This document shows, piece after piece, positions 10,832 through 24,558 of a stretch of 64,000 nucleotides of DNA (position 1 is its first letter; every line of letters starts with the position of its first letter). Both the position numbers and the translations under genes were made by a program. This DNA comes from Emiliania huxleyi CCMP1516 (taxonomy: Eukaryota). The notes under the pieces were generated by a model that did no database searches, was not told the origin of the DNA, and worked only from the letters and a program-made list of their open reading frames with translations. Location: positions 1,783,331 to 1,847,330 of the forward strand of contig NW_005202428.1 in NCBI RefSeq assembly GCF_000372725.1, read 5' to 3'.

Positions 10832-12053
10832 GCCGCCGCCGTCCGGCGCAGCGTCCTCCGGCTGCTCGGCCCCGCCCGCGGCAGCCGACTGGGACGCGCC
10901 GCTCTCTCGCGCGCGCTTCCGCGTTCGCTCCGGCTTCGCCGGCTCCTCGGCAGCAGGCTCCTCGGCAGCAGGCTCGGCGGGAGGGGCGGGCGGGGCGGAG
11001 GAGGCGGCCTGGATTGCGCCCTCCTTGCCAGCCCTCGGCCGCTTGGCCCACGGGGCGACCTGTCGTGGGTTGGCGAAGGGCAAGGCGCCACGTGAGTACG
11101 CGCGCACGAGACTGCAGGGAGGAGAGGGGTGTGGGGCGCACCTCCTCGCGCGCGGCGCTACCCGCGGCCTTGTGGGTCGACGACTGCTCGGCGGACTCAG
11201 CGGCAGCAGCGCCTCGCTTGCGTTGCGACCGCCCCGCTGCCGCTCCAGGCGCCGCCGCAGATGCAAGTGGCTCCTCGCTCTCGTCTTCGAACTGCTCCGA
11301 CACCTACTCACAGCCGCAGAGGCGCGCCTCAGAGGGGCCGCGTCGTGGCGAGTGCGCTTCGGCCGCCATCTGCGTCGCCGCAACGCTCTGCGGCGTGTCG
11401 GTGCCGGGCAGGGCAGCCCTCTCGGGCGCGCTGCTGCCTTGCGACGCATCGCGAGGGCCGTCCTTGTCCTCCTCGGCCTGAGGCGGAGGCGGCGGCTCTG
11501 GCGCCTCCTCCTCTGGCGCCTCCTCCTCCTCCTCCTCACACGCCTTGAGCTGGGTCGCGTCCGCATCCTCCTCCTCCTCCTGAGCAGGCGGGCCGGCACT
11601 TGGCGTCTCTCGCGAGTGCGTGCGAGCCCTCTCTGACTGGGGCCGAAGGGACAGGCTGGGCCGGGGCTGGGCGAGGGTGTGTGCAAGCGCCTGCGTCTCC
11701 AGGCCAGTCAGGTCAATGGCGCCGCCGCAGACGTCCTCCCCGCCAGCTGGGCCCGCCTGCGTCGCCGCGGGCCCGGCCTCTCCCGCGGCGGGAAGAGGCC
11801 CGTGCAGCGGGCCGTCCACCTGGGCCGACAAGGGGAGCGGGAGGGCGGTGGGCGGGAGCGGCGTCGGCGCCTCTCCCCAGCCGGAGGTCTGCAGCTCGCG
11901 CGCCGGCTGTGGCTCCGCCGGCTCCTCTGCCACGGGCTGCAAGCCGCCGGATGGGGCCACGCCGCCCTCCTCCTCCTCCCCGCCCCCCTCCTCCGGCTCG
12001 CCGTACGCCTGCGTCGCTGCAGCCGCGAGCGGCTCGTCGTACGCCTGCGTCGC
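9608..12053 (-). CDS. TQ/SQ-rich acidic region followed by C-terminal tandem BRCT domains (multi-exon; probably the 3' half of the upstream Agenet gene)
   Basis: BRCT1 reads SVAFSGLPE..LATVASLGGSVVED..SRTIKLLVAVSVCDIVTPEWVDACRAADQFVPVGAYLL. BRCT2 reads CLRGRTFYITKTTSPDADKLKIIIEKAGG..AELLAYLLQQKYG*. ATQAY, ETQAL and ATQM motifs lie upstream. No ATG start is evident, and there is an acceptor AG at 12054-12055. Confidence 0.8.
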
Positions 12054-12076
12054 CTACTCGCAGCTAGGCGCCACCC

Positions 12077-15000
12077 TCAGGGGGGCGGCCGACGCCTCCC
12101 GCCACCGCCAGACAGAGGGGCCGCCTCGAGCGCCGCCTTGAGCGCCGCCTCAGCAGTGGCGCCGTCCTCGCGCACGTCCCACTCGCGCGCATTCCACTCG
12201 TCCGTCTCGGCCATCCAGTGCATCCCCGGGCGCAGCTGCGAGACGGGCACCGTGTGGAAGATCTATACAATCAAGGGAGTGCAAACCGTCAGTGATTAGC
12301 GGTCTAGACTGAGCAGATTCTAGACTGAGCGGATTCGGGCCGAGTGCTCCCGGTCCCACACGGTGTGTTGCTCGCCCTCGACGCCGACCCAGTACACCTG
12401 TGCGGCGGCGAGGTCCCTCATAGAGCAACGTGGGCGAGAAATGGAGATGCGAGGCGCGTGAGAGAGCGGCGCGAGAGAGCGCCTCCCACCACCCATCAAA
12501 GAGCGCGAGCTCGAGCGGCGCCTGCAGCGGACCTGGTCGGGTAAGAACCGGAAGGGGAGTGGCGGCGCCGCGGTGTGGCCCGACGCTCCGCGAACGCGAA
12601 GTTGATGAGCTGCAGGGGTGGCGGCGCGGGCCGCACGCGCTCGAGGGGCACGACCTCCTCCCAAACGTCGCCTATTCGAAACTGATTGAATAAGAGCAGA
12701 TTCCCTCTCGGCCGACAGCCGCATGAGAAGCGCCGTTGGTCTCGCGAAACTGATTGTACCTACGAAACAAGTAGCGGTGGGGCGGAGGCGCGTGTGCCCG
12801 TGCGCGAGCATGCTCGTACCGCACGAGCATCTCGAGCGAGATGACGTCGTTGGCCGACAGGACCGTGCATGAGAACCACGAACCCTCGTAGCCGTCCTCG
12901 ACGCCGTACACCTCGACCTCTTCGGTCAGGTGCGACCGCCCGAGCAGCTCGGCGAGGCTGAGGGGCCGCGGCGCTTTGAGCAGAGCCTCGAGCCCCTCGA
13001 AGTCGAAGTAGTCGCTGGAGTCGCGGCCTGCAGGGCCGCTCGCGTCCTCGAAGAGGCCGCCATCGAGGGCGTTGACCCACGCCGCAAAATCGCCGTTGCC
13101 AGAGCCGAGCGGGTCGGGCGCGGCGAGGATGCCCGGCGCGGCCAGGTCGCCCGACACGCCGGGCGCGGCGAGGAAACCCGACGCGGCGAGGATGCCGGAT
13201 GCGAGGCCCGCGGGAGAGGCGAGGAGCGTGAGCTCGTCAAGCAGGGAGCGCGAGTCCACGCCAAACAGCGCGCCCGGCAAGGGAGGGGGGGGGAGCGAGG
13301 CAGACGCGGCAAAGGAGGGCTCGGCGTGGAACGGGACAACGGAATCGAAGGTGACGGGGGCGGCTGAGGTGGAGGGGCCGCGCGAGGCAGCTGCGGGGAA
13401 AGGGGCGGCGGGGACGGCAGCGTAGAGGATCGAAGCCTGCATTGGCGGCGGCAAGGTGGCGTGAGCAAGGGAAGTGACAGTCGGCCGGTCTCTCGGGCGA
13501 TCGCGGCGAAAGTGACGCCTCGGTCGGCACGACGCCGCCCTCGTCCCGCTCGAAGGTGTGGTCGTCTAGCCCAAGGTCGCGCTCTTCCGCCTCCGCCGCC
13601 GCCTCGACATCGCTCTCGTCGGGGTCCGGCCCGAGTGCGGACTGCCCGAAAGCCTCCGGCCCGTAGGCTCCGCGGCCCGCGGCCGCCACGAGCTCTGCGA
13701 CCGACGTCTCCTCCACGGCAAAGTAGCGGTTCGAGAGGTCGAGGGAGACCGCGCCGCGGGTCATGCGGGCCGCCGCCTCACCGCTCATCTTCTGCACGGC
13801 GGCGTACGCGAGGTCGCTCCCCCAGTCCTACCGAAAAAACGCCACACTGAGAAATAGAGCGGGCGAGAGCTGCCCACAACCGAAGGCGGCGGCCTGCTTG
13901 ATCACACGCAGATTCGGCGTGCCGTTGAGCTTCGCCTGCACCCAAATACAAGTGAGTGAGGGTGAGTTCACGAGGACGGGAAGCGAGCGCGAAGCGAGCG
14001 CGCCGTCAAACTGCCGAACACGAGGGTGGTGCAGCCAGCGACCACGTCCATCTTCCACACCTTGGGGCCGAGCATGCCGTTGGGGCAGACGAGCGTCGTG
14101 CAGAGAGTGCTCGGGACGCCCGCCGCCGCCGCCGCCTCCTCCGCCGCCTTCAGCCCCTCCGTGCGCGCCGCGGTCAGCTTGGCCTCGTTGAGGTCGGGCG
14201 CCTGCTCACAAAAATGAGATGGCCTCGGGGATGCGATGCGACGACCACGGGGTGGGCGAGCGACGCACCTAACCACAGCGATGCGACTAGGACACGACGC
14301 GATTGGCCGCACGGACGTGAGTCATGGCGCCAGCTCGTACGCGGCCAGCGTGTCCTCAAGCGAGACCCGGACATGATTGGGCGGGCTCGGCGGCGGCACA
14401 ATCATGAAGCCTTGAGCGAAGAGCTCTCTTGAAAAGAAGACGCCCATCGTCAGGTACCCCTCCGGACTTCCCGGAAGGTTGCCGCCCGCGCCGAACCTGC
14501 GCATCAACGGGTAGGCTGGTTGGCATAAGAGGTGACGGGGAAGCGAGAGTTCGACGCGACAAAGCGCGCGTGCGGAACAGGCAGCGGTGACGCGCCACGC
14601 CGAGCCCGGGTAGCCGGCCCGCGAGCTCGACCCGCCCCAACTCCTTCACNNNNNNNNNNNNNNNNNNNNNNNNNNNNNNNNNNNNNNNNNNNNNNNNNNN
14701 NNNNNNNNNNNNNNNNNNNNNNNNNNNNNNNNNNNNNNNNNNNNNNNNNNNNNNNNNNNNNNNNNNNNNNNNNNNNNNNNNNNNNNNNNNNNNNNNNNNN
14801 NNNNNNNNNNNNNNNNNNNNNNNNNNNNNNNNNNNNNNNNNNNNNNNNNNNNNNNNNNNNNNNNNNNNNNNNNNNNNNNNNNNNNNNNNNNNNNNNNNNN
14901 NNNNNNNNNNNNNNNNNNNNNNNNNNNNNNNNNNNNNNNNNNNNNNNNNNNNNNNNNNNNNNNNNNNNNNNNNNNGGGGGGGGGGGGGGGCTCGCCCGAG

Positions 15001-16552
15001 GGCACCCCTTCCGGTCGGCGTCCTCGATCTCGTGCGCCTTTGCCGGCCGGCCGCAGTAGAGCAAGTATGAGCCGTAGCCCCGGCAAAGGCACTGCCCGAT
15101 CACCTCCCACTTGAAGTACGCTCGCCCGCCGCGCGCATTCCAGGGAGGGGGCTTCATCCGCTCGTAGCCGCCGGTCATGATGTAGCACGCGCCGTCCACG
15201 TCCTGGCGGTACACGGGGAGAAGGGTGAGCCCGCGGCGCATCGGACTGTGGCGGGGGAGGGTGAGTCCGCAGCGCCTTGCGAAAGAGCTGCTCGCCCCAG
15301 TCTGCGAGCTTCCGCGCCTCGGAGGCGGCGAGGTCGAGCCGCTGCTCGTCGGAATAGCCGTCGTTGAGCTCCTCGCGCGCCTTCCGCAGGACCAGCCTCT
15401 GCATCCGCCGCGTCTGCCGCTGCAGCCTTGCCGCCGCCATCTACGTTTGGGAAGTGCGCGCGGCCCTGAGCCGGGCGGCGGCGGTGGGCGCGCGAACCAA
15501 GCACCTCAGCGAGGTGACTGCAGTGGTGGGTGCATCTACGGGTCTAAGCGATCCAGACAGGACGCTCGTGACCCAGGTTGCCTCCTTGGGGGAGGCGCTG
15601 CCGCCTGCGCTGTCCTGGGCGGCCTTCTTGGGCGGCGCCTTCTTGGACTTGGCCTGAGGGAGGAGGGGGAGAGGCGCGGCCTTCAGCGGGCGTGGAGAGC
15701 ACGTAGCCCACGTCACCCAAGGGGTGAAACATGGGCATCTGCTGGTCTGCGCATCCAGAGGACGCGGGGCGACCGTGGCCACCTGCGCGGCGGCGCCGCC
15801 TGCGCTTTTGTCGGCCGGCCGCTTCAGCCGGTTTGACCGGCTCTTGACGGACTCCGCGCTGCGGCCGGGCAGGCGCTTGGCAATGTCGACCCAGCTCTCC
15901 CCGGCCTCGTGGCCCGCCTTGAGAAGCGCATCGTCCGCTGCAGTCCACCGCACGAGCTGGTGCTTCACGGGCTCGTGCTTCACGGGCGCGTCGGGCTGCC
16001 GCTTCAGCCGGTTTGACCGGCTCATGACGGACTCCGCGCTGCGGCCGGGCAGGCGCTTGGCAATGTCGACCAAGCTCTCCCCGGCCTCGTGGCCCGCCTT
16101 GAGAAGCGCATCGTCCGCTGCAGTCCACCGCACGAGCTGGTGCTTCACGGGCTCGTGCTTCACGGGCGCGTCGGGCTGCCGCTTCAGCCGCTTTGACCGG
16201 CTCTTGACGGAGTCGGTGCTGCGGCCGGGCAGGCGCTTGGCAATGTCGGCCCAGCTCTCCCCGGCCTCGCGGCCCGCCTTGACGAGCGCATCGTCATCTG
16301 CGGTCCAACCGATCATGCCGACGGGGGGCACGATCACGGTTCCAACTTTTTCCGGGGTACCCTGAACGCGGTGACGAACTCACAAGCGATCCCACTGGGA
16401 GCTCGCCCGTCACGCAGCCACTGCGGCGCAGAGACGAGGTGTGCTCTACCAATTGGTTGTGGACGGATGGATGTTGTGCATTCAGGCCGACCGAGGCTAG
16501 ACAGGGGCGGAGGGGGGGGCGGTCCGAACGTCCTCGGTCGCCCGACGGACAT
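12077..16552 (-). CDS. Myb/SANT-repeat and tandem Agenet (plant Tudor-like) chromatin protein; multi-exon, spans an assembly gap, may be two genes
   Basis: Three Myb repeats (WTAADDALLKAGHEAGESWVDIAKRLPGRSAESVKSRSNRLK) at 15820-16310. Agenet 1 reads EEVEVYGVEDGYEGSWFSCTVL..LVRY..EEVVPLERVRPAPPP. Agenet 2 reads APLELALFDGWWE..VYWVGVEG..IFHTVPVSQLRPGMHW (12200-12930). The start codon is uncertain. Confidence 0.7.
15820..16310 (-). repeat. 180-bp near-identical tandem repeat (about 2.7 copies) encoding the Myb repeats
   Basis: Blocks starting GCCGCTTCAGCCG recur at about 15818, 15998 and 16178 with few mismatches. Confidence 0.9.
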
Positions 16553-17768
16553 CAAATACTTTCATCCTGGGAGCAGGAAAGAAAAGAAGAAAAACAAACC
16601 AGTGCGAGGGAAAGTCTTTTCCACTCTGCGAGCACGCGTGAAGATTCTTTTCCACTTTCCACATGCAGCGTTTGTCGGTCGTCCTCCACACCGCTGTGGC
16701 GTGGCAGACGGTGAACGAGCTAGCGTGCGGGGAGAGCGGCATTGTGCATGGTGCGGAGTGCATTGCCGTTCTTAACGGAGTCGCTTAGGCGGCTCCGGTG
16801 GTGAGCCGGTGTGTGTGCCAGTCCGCGCCAGTCCGCGCCCTTGTCGTGCCAGTGTGCTGTGAGAGAGGCTGTATTTTAAGAATTCTTTTCCACTCGCCAG
16901 GTGTATTTTATTTTTGCTTGGCCGGGCATCATGACGGGGTAGGTAGGGTAGGGTCTGAGCCCTCCCGTCGGGGTTTCCCCTCTCTCACGCCGGAATTTAC
17001 ACAGCAGAAAAAGAATTTTTCCGCGCAAATCACGATGTCAACCCTCCCCAAGTCGTTGATCTGGTGCTTGTAGGGCTTGAGAGTGGCCTGCCATGTCGCA
17101 GGAAGGACTGTGGTTGCAGGATAGCACCACCAGCCATCACTTTAGTTGGTATAGTACCCCACCTTCACCCATCCCGTGATTTCTTTTTTAGTTTCCCATA
17201 ACTTCCCTCACCGCACGGAAACATACGCGCCAGCCGCGCAGCAGCCTCACATGCAGCGCCGACCGCATGCTCGCGCCCTGGGCCGCCGACGACCCGGTCG
17301 GGCGGGCTGCGCGGCCGCCGTACACCATCAGGCAGGCGCGCGACCACTCGCAGCGCGCCGCAGCACACCGCGCAGCCCTGCCAGCCAAGCCTGTGCCTCA
17401 AAGCTGCACAAACAGGCGCACAACAGAGCACAGCGCACAGCACACGCCGGCGCGCGCGCAGCACACGCAGACTCACGCGCGACTCCAACACGCACACGCG
17501 CACAGCACGCGCGCATCGCACGCCAGCGCAGCGCCGCACACAGAGCACACTTGCCCACATCAGCAGCAGCCAGCCTGCCACAATCCTCATCTCACACACG
17601 CGCGCGCACACTACCCACGCCGGCGCACGCATTGGGCGTCGCCGAGAGCAACTGAAGCAACCTTAAGCTGACTCCTGACCCCTCCAAGCCAACCCGTAAG
17701 CAGGCAGCATAAGCAGCCACACAATGAGGCATCCTGCTGCAAAAAGAGGCACCTCGCTGCCTCCCGCT

Positions 17769-18200
17769 GCATCTCGTGGCATCTCGCGGCATCTCGCGGC
17801 ATCTCGCGGCATCTCGCCTNNNNNNNNNNNNNNNNNNNNNNNNNNNNNNNNNNNNNNNNNNNNNNNNNNNNNNNNNNNNNNNNNNNNNNNNNNNNNNNNN
17901 NNNNNNNNNNNNNNNNNNNTGTGCTCTATCCACGAATCGGTCCGTAAGTCGCCAAATCTCGCCTAACCTCGCCTAACCTCGCCTGATCGCCTAATCTCGC
18001 CTAATCTCGCCTCATCCCGCCTCACCTCGCCCCACCCCGCCTCACTTCACCTCATCTCTTTCTCTAGGCTACTCCGAGACCGACCCGAGACCGACCCGAG
18101 ACCCGAGATCGACCCGAGCTCGACACGAGATCGACCCGAGATAGACCCGAGATCGACCCGACGCCAGCTGACCGACGCCACACCGACGCCACACAGCTGA
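17769..18200. repeat. Low-complexity 10-11-bp minisatellites flanking an assembly gap
   Basis: CATCTCGCGG, CTCGCCTAAC and GACCCGAGAT arrays. Confidence 0.8.
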
Positions 18201-19248
18201 CCGACACCACGCCAGCGACACAGGTGTGAATAAGCTGTGTGCCGCTATTTTCACGCTGCTCAGCACGCCCCCCGGTTAAGCTGCAATGCAAAACTCTTTT
18301 TACCACCTTCAAGTACGCCCCCAAGACTCCCCCTAACCGCCCAGGATGAGCTCCTGAGGTGCCAGTCTTTCTTCCGTCCGAGATATGGCCGGTTGAAGTT
18401 GGGGTTCCACGGTCAGGATGGAGGTGCCGAACTGGATGGGGGTCAGCCAGGGAGGCTGTTGTGGCGCACCGGACCGCCCCCCAGCACCGTACCCCACCCA
18501 ACTGCATCCATGGGAGTCACAAACGGTCCTGCACTCGCGGCTGCAAGCACTCACGACACTCAAACCCACCACCTGCCTCCTACCCTGTACGAGGAGCCAT
18601 TTCACCCGTGCAACATCTGCACAGGTGTACCGCCGACGCTCAAGCGCCCGGCCCCTACTAGAGTAGTCTTGTGGGACCCACAAACGACCAATACATCCAC
18701 TCGGGGCTGTAGCATGTGTCCGGGGGGGGCATCCCCGTAAAGCAGCCAGCAGGTGCCGGACACGGCGTTGGCCGTCTTGGACCGAGATCAGGGCGCAACT
18801 GCCTGTCTCGTGGGGCTGAAGGACCGTCATGGGGTCGGATTTGATGCTGCCAATCAGTCGGGTCGATAGGTGGCGCCCCGGCGAGATGCATTGCGGGTGC
18901 TTGGCGTCGCCTGCTTGAGTGGCCTGAACGCACTCGCGGGAGCCAGAGAGCAAAGGTGTGCGCGAATTGAGGCTTCTGAGCGAGTCCAGGCAAGCCACAG
19001 GACCGGCCATGTGCCTTGGTAGTCGAGCGGTGGCCGGAGGTAGCCTCCAGTAGTGCCTCTCAGTTCGGCACCTCGGTCTCGACCACGACCAGACTGGGAG
19101 CGGCACACAGCTTATCGGGAGGATGTAGCGATAGGTAGGTAGGTAGGTGTTACCTCACACGGTCTACTGCAAAGACAAGGAGGGCCCACAGCACACACAC
19201 ACCAAGAGTGCATGTGCTGCATTGGACATCAGAGGGCCAAGGGTTGGA

Positions 19249-20088
19249 TCAAGCAGTGGGAAGGGACTCGAGGTGACGCGCGAGCGCGATAAGCGCGGCA
19301 TCTTCGTCGTCAAAGCAGCGCATGAGCGCATCGAGGTCGTCGTTTGCTATGCGGTCGTAACCATCGTCGTCGTCGGACTCGTACGCGGGCCCGCGGTCGT
19401 CCTGGTCGGACGTGCACTCGTCCTCGTCGGACGAGTACTCGCTGTCCTGCTCGGCTTGCACGGCGCGGAGCGAGTGCACCCAGTGCGGGGCACCGTCATC
19501 CGTCTTCATGCGAAGCCAATCGCGCACGTGGCGGTAGAAGCGGTCACCCTCGGGGTCGAACTCGTTGAACCCGAAGTAGTTCCAGCTCCACCACGCGGTC
19601 GGCGGCGCGCGACAGGATGTAGACGTCGCGCCGCGAGAGCGGCGCCACCTTCTCACCTGCCACGTACTGCCGCACCCCATCCCGTTCGATGTAGATGCCG
19701 GTGATCTCGAGAGACCTGCACCTCCACGCGCTCCGTACCGCCGCGCCGATCTTCGCGCGGGCACCCAGGCCGCTCGCGCACCGTCGCGCAGAGTCGCGCG
19801 TTGCTGACGCAAGAGGCCGTGGGCGAGCTGCTCCCACTTGATCGCAGGAGCAGCCGCAGGTGCCGCAGCCTTGTGCTGCCGGAAGTTCTCGAGCCGGCGC
19901 GCGCGGCTGGCCTTGCCGCCGCGCGCACGCCGCTTTGGCGCCGCGGAAGCGATCTTGCTGCTCACCGTCAGCACGCCGTACGCCTCCTCAGAGGCCTTGC
20001 CCACCTCTCCAGATGTTGCGAGGACGCCACCCGGCATGGCCGGACCTGTCGTGGCGTGGAGCCTTGATGACGCTGCGACCGCGTGCAA
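19249..20088 (-). other. Hypothetical ORF, possibly element-derived, between TAGG microsatellites
   Basis: Coding-like acidic C-terminus (DSEYSSDEDE..). (TAGG)n lies at 19132-19147 and 20136-20200. No domain recognised. Confidence 0.25.
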
Positions 20089-20976
20089 GCACGAGCCCAG
20101 TGGGGGGTCTGTCCACCACGGTTAGACCCTATGCAATAGGTAGGTAGGCCCGGTTTTGACCGCCCCAGACAGAGGGCCACGCAATAGGTAGGTAGGTAGG
20201 TGGTGGTGGTGGTGGTGGCGGGACTTGAGAATCGTGCTTTTTGGGTTGGGTTGGGTTGGGTTGGTGGGTTGGGTTGTTCCCAGCGAGGTTGGGTCGTCGG
20301 CGAAGGGTGGTCTCGACCGCCGCCGCTCACGCCAGCGAGCGGCCACCATCGGTGTTTTTGGCTTCGCCACCGTCCAAAGCGTGCGCAATGCGCTCGCCGG
20401 CATCGAGCGAGCACGCCTGTCCGACGAGCGGCTTGCTGTGTGGACGCCTTCTTGTGGCTCTCGTCGAGAGCGTTTTGCGTCCCGGCGGGTGTGAGAATGT
20501 GTGTCGTTCTGATGTGTCACTGTGTACGTCACATCGATGTGGATAACAAGCACGGTCGATCCGTCGAAGCGATACACTCGTTCCTATCACGCTGGAAGGC
20601 TTGCACGGAGCTCTGTGCCGGCACACAGAAGAGCCGTGCGGCAAGAAGAGCTCGATGGGGAGCGAGAACCGTCAGAGGTGCTCACCCAGGTTTCGGAAGT
20701 CCGCCCTGATGCGGTCAGTTCCCCCAGGTTTGACCGCGCAGCTCGCAAGACTCGTTCAGCACTCGTAGCCTTTCTGCGCCTCTGACTCTGCACATGCTGC
20801 TACGGGAAGAGCAGTCTATCCGCAATATATCGACGAGTTCGAGAGAGCCACAGCTTTCGCTTGGGAGGGATTGAGCGCGTCGCGACGGACTTCAGGTTAC
20901 ACCTGAAAATCTGACGGTTCTCGCCGGGACGCAACCACACCAATGCACTCGTTAACTACGCTAGACTAGAGCTATT

Positions 20977-22277
20977 TTAGGAGTCGTCTCGCACGAACTC
21001 CTGGTGCCTCATCACCGGCGTGCCCCACGGGAAGTCGCGCTCACGCGTAGCATAGTCGGAGTACCACATCTTATGCCACACCTGGCATAGAACGCGCCGC
21101 GGCTCGTCGCTGTCGTTGGCGAGGCCGCGGTGGTATGCGCGGCCGTCAAACACGACGATGTCACCAGCGTCGGCGCACATCTGCACCGAGTCCTCGTGCG
21201 CGAGAAAAGGCTCGCGGCCGCCGTGGGCGAGGATCCCTCTCTGCACCGCCGCCGCAGCCAGGTGGTGCGAGCCAGAGATGATCTCGGTCGCGCCGTTCCT
21301 CTCGTCCATCCGGCCGAGAGGCGCAAGCGTCGTAAAGTAAAAGGGTGGGAGAGTGCCGTCGATCCAGACGTCGCCCTTGCTCTCGCCCCAGAGGTCGTAG
21401 CTGTCGCGGTGCCACGCGCCGTTCGGGTTCTTTTGTTCGCTGATGAGCGCCATGTTGTAGTGGGTGTAATCCTCCTGCAGCATCCGCCTCATCAGCGCCC
21501 CGAGGGCGGGCGGCTCGTGGTACTCGGGGCCTGCAAAGACACCGTCCTGCATCCGGTGGCAGAGCTCGTAGCGGCCCGGCCCCGTCTTCACCAGCACGCT
21601 CGACCTGCCCGGGGCACCCTTGGCCGGGTCGTTGTTTGTGAGGTCGCACATCTCGGTCAGATCGAGGGTGCGCCTGGCGCAGCGAGGATGGAGGGTGGGA
21701 AGGGTGAGAGGTGCGTGTGAAAGCAAGCTAGAAGGGCAAGGGGTGGCTGGTCACAGCGTGTAGAGAGACACTGTGTGCAGCACTATGATTCGCGCCGGTT
21801 CGTCCAGTCCTTGAGCATGTATGTGAATCGGGCGGGGGAGGAGACAGTGGTCTCGCACGAGCAGCACGGTTGGCAGCCGTTCGACTGCGAGCCGTCAGGC
21901 CCTCTTCCACTCGTCTCACACTCCGCGCCATCCTCGGAGGCTGCTGACGATGGAGTGCAGGTGCCGCTACCATTGTCGCCCTTAGGCTCCCAATACCTGG
22001 TCGCCTCGGTGCGACGTAGCGCCGCCTTAGCGTCCTCCCAGCTTTCGTCATAGGCCTTTGTAAAGGCTGCGACTTGCTCAGGGCTGTAAACACCTCTCAG
22101 AATCACCCATCCCTTTTCCCTCAGCTGCTTCTCGGCGGCTGGAATGTCAAACCCCTGCGCTGTCGCAATGGCCTCAAGGCCGTCCAAGCGCTCCTTGGTG
22201 TTCCACGAGGGCAAGAAGGTGGTTGTAGACGTGTCCGGAGGCGGCTCTTCTCCTCTTTCTGCTGGTTGTTCGTCCAT
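20977..22277 (-). CDS. Phytanoyl-CoA dioxygenase (PhyH)-family Fe(II)/2OG dioxygenase
   Basis: LREKGWVILRGV, WHRD (HxD), NGATEIISGSH and AGDIVVFDGRAYHRGLAN. One intron lies near 21680-21800. Confidence 0.9.
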
Positions 22278-22746
22278 CCAAAGCGGCACTGCTGGTTGTT
22301 CGTCAAAGACGGACCGGCTAACCGACCGAATCGCGAAGGCCGAACGTTTGTTAAAATTGGCCGCTTGTCCTGTTGGAGAGAGGCCATTAGGGGCATAGAG
22401 ATAAAACCGTACCTTGTTGTGTTCTGTGATCTGTAAGGGTCCGCCCGCAGGCGCCTTTTGTATACCGACGAGGCGCTGCGTATGCCACCGGTACTCCCCT
22501 TTCCCCCTCCATGTACTCTCTCCATGTATTGTAGAAGCTCGGTGGATGAATCACAACTTGTCTCCCGCTGGGGTTCTGTGTGATCTCTCTCCCAGTAGTA
22601 AACGAGAAGCTAACAACTTCACGAAATTGCCAAATTCGGCGTTCTTTTACTCGTAGTCGAAAAGCCGGTCGGCCACTTGCAAACTACAAAGCGGCCGCTG
22701 GGGCGAGCTGTGGACGTGCGACAAAGCCGCTGGGCGCAGGAGAAGC

Positions 22747-24558
22747 ATGGCCGCCCTGCGCCGCAGCCTCGTCGCGCTCGCGCTGGTCGATCACCAATGG
22801 GCGCGTGGAGCCGGCACGCATGTCCGGCGTTATGCAGACCCGTGCTCACAGCCTCTGCTGCCGGTTCGAACCTGCCCGGTGCTTGCATATGGGAGAAGGC
22901 TTGGGTGGGCGATGCAGGCTGGACAAGCAAACAGAGTAGGAGGAGGGCTGAGAAGCTGCGCACACTCCAGCGACAGCGCACACGCGGTCGCCACGGAGGA
23001 CCGCCCACCCCTCAGCCTCCCGACCCCACACAAAGGTGCTTGTCTACGTGTATCTGCTGCCGCCTCCATGCGCGGATTGGGACCCAGAGGGCGAGGATGC
23101 GTTCGACGAGGCGTTCGGCGAACTCCGCGACGCGCGGCTGCCACACCTACGCAACACATCCAACCGTGCCCTCACCACGCTCTGGCACTACCGGTTGCAC
23201 TACTCGCAGTGCCGCACGCAATGCGCAGAGGCGCCTCGCCGCCCTACACGCATTCTCCGCAGCTCGCGCCGCCCCAAATCTGCCCACGCTCCCCTCGTGC
23301 CTGCAGGCGGCGGACATTTTCTTCATTCCGACGCTGACAGCGCCAAAAGACTCGCAGGGGGGCATCGGGCGGGGATGTGGCAGCTGCGGTGCGAGCGAGC
23401 TGCTGCGCCATCTCCCGCACCTCCGGGCCGCGACCGCCGCGCGGCACGTGCTCCTCTGCCCGCTCGAGCACTTTGCGATGAGCGCCTGCGAGGGATGGTG
23501 GTCTCACCCGCAGGGCTTGCTGGCGGAGGCGCTGCGCCGATCCTCCTATGCCGGGACGTCCCCCACGGCCGTGGCACTGGGCACGGCGCGTCCCATAGGC
23601 GACGCGCCTCTCCTTCTCGGCAATCGTCCCGCCGGCGATGCAGCCGCACATCTCGTACATGCGCCGTCCAAGCGAGCGGGAGGCACTCACTGCGCCGGAG
23701 ACGTACCCGCACCTATACTCGCTGCCGCAGCCGAGCATCGTGCACTGGCTGCGACGGGCGCCACCCTTCACACCCTCCGACGAGCGACCGTACCTGATGT
23801 CGTACGCGGGCAGCCGGAAGGGCGACGTGGCGGTGAGGCGGCTCGTTGCTGATTACTGCAACCGCTCGAGCGGTAGCAAGACGTGTTTGATGCCGAGCTC
23901 GATGAAGACGGTCGAGGTCGCATTCGTCAAGATGAAGTCCGTCTTCTGCCTCGAGCCCGCGGGCGACACGCCCTTTCGCCGCTCGATCGCGGACTCGGCG
24001 GCCCTTGGATGCATCCCGGTGCTGATGAACAATGTGTCCGATCTCACCGGCAACCTAGTCTGGGACGACTGGCGCGAGCAGTCGCGCGTCCTCCTGCCGC
24101 GCGACGAGCTAATATCCGGCCGCCTTGACCTCGGCAAGGCGCTTGCACGGCTGCCCAGGGCGCGCGTGGCGCTGATGCAGCACACCCTTTGGCTGCACGC
24201 ACGCAAGCTTCAGGTTTCATACGATGACGACCAGCGCGATAGCGTGTTCGCCAGCCTCTCCGGCATCCTCTCTGCGCGGGGACTGTCTCGCCTGCCGCGC
24301 GCCGCTGCGCCGCCCGTCACCAGGGGTGAGGAAGGCACCGGCGCTGGCAGCCGCAGCGGCAGCGGCAGCGTTGCCCCGTGCACGGATCTGCCCGACGTCG
24401 CGCACAGGGAAAGCTGCCGGGAGATCATGGACTTAGCGGCAGAGGTGTCTGCGCGGCGCAAGCGCGGCAGGAGGAATGCGCCCGAGGCGGACCCCGATTT
24501 AGGGAAGGTAACCCTTACCCGGGCCGGTGCTCGACGTAACAGAATGTACAGAAGATGA
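22747..24558 (+). CDS. Exostosin-family (GT47) glycosyltransferase
   Basis: LRVYVY, AADIFFIP and the GT47 core MKSVFCLEPAGDTPFRRSIADSAALGCIPVL. GC-AG introns are present, e.g. 23529-23598. Confidence 0.85.

Noticed and set aside
14650..14975. ORFs spanning the N runs (also 17820-17919)
   Set aside because: They are artefacts of assembly gaps.
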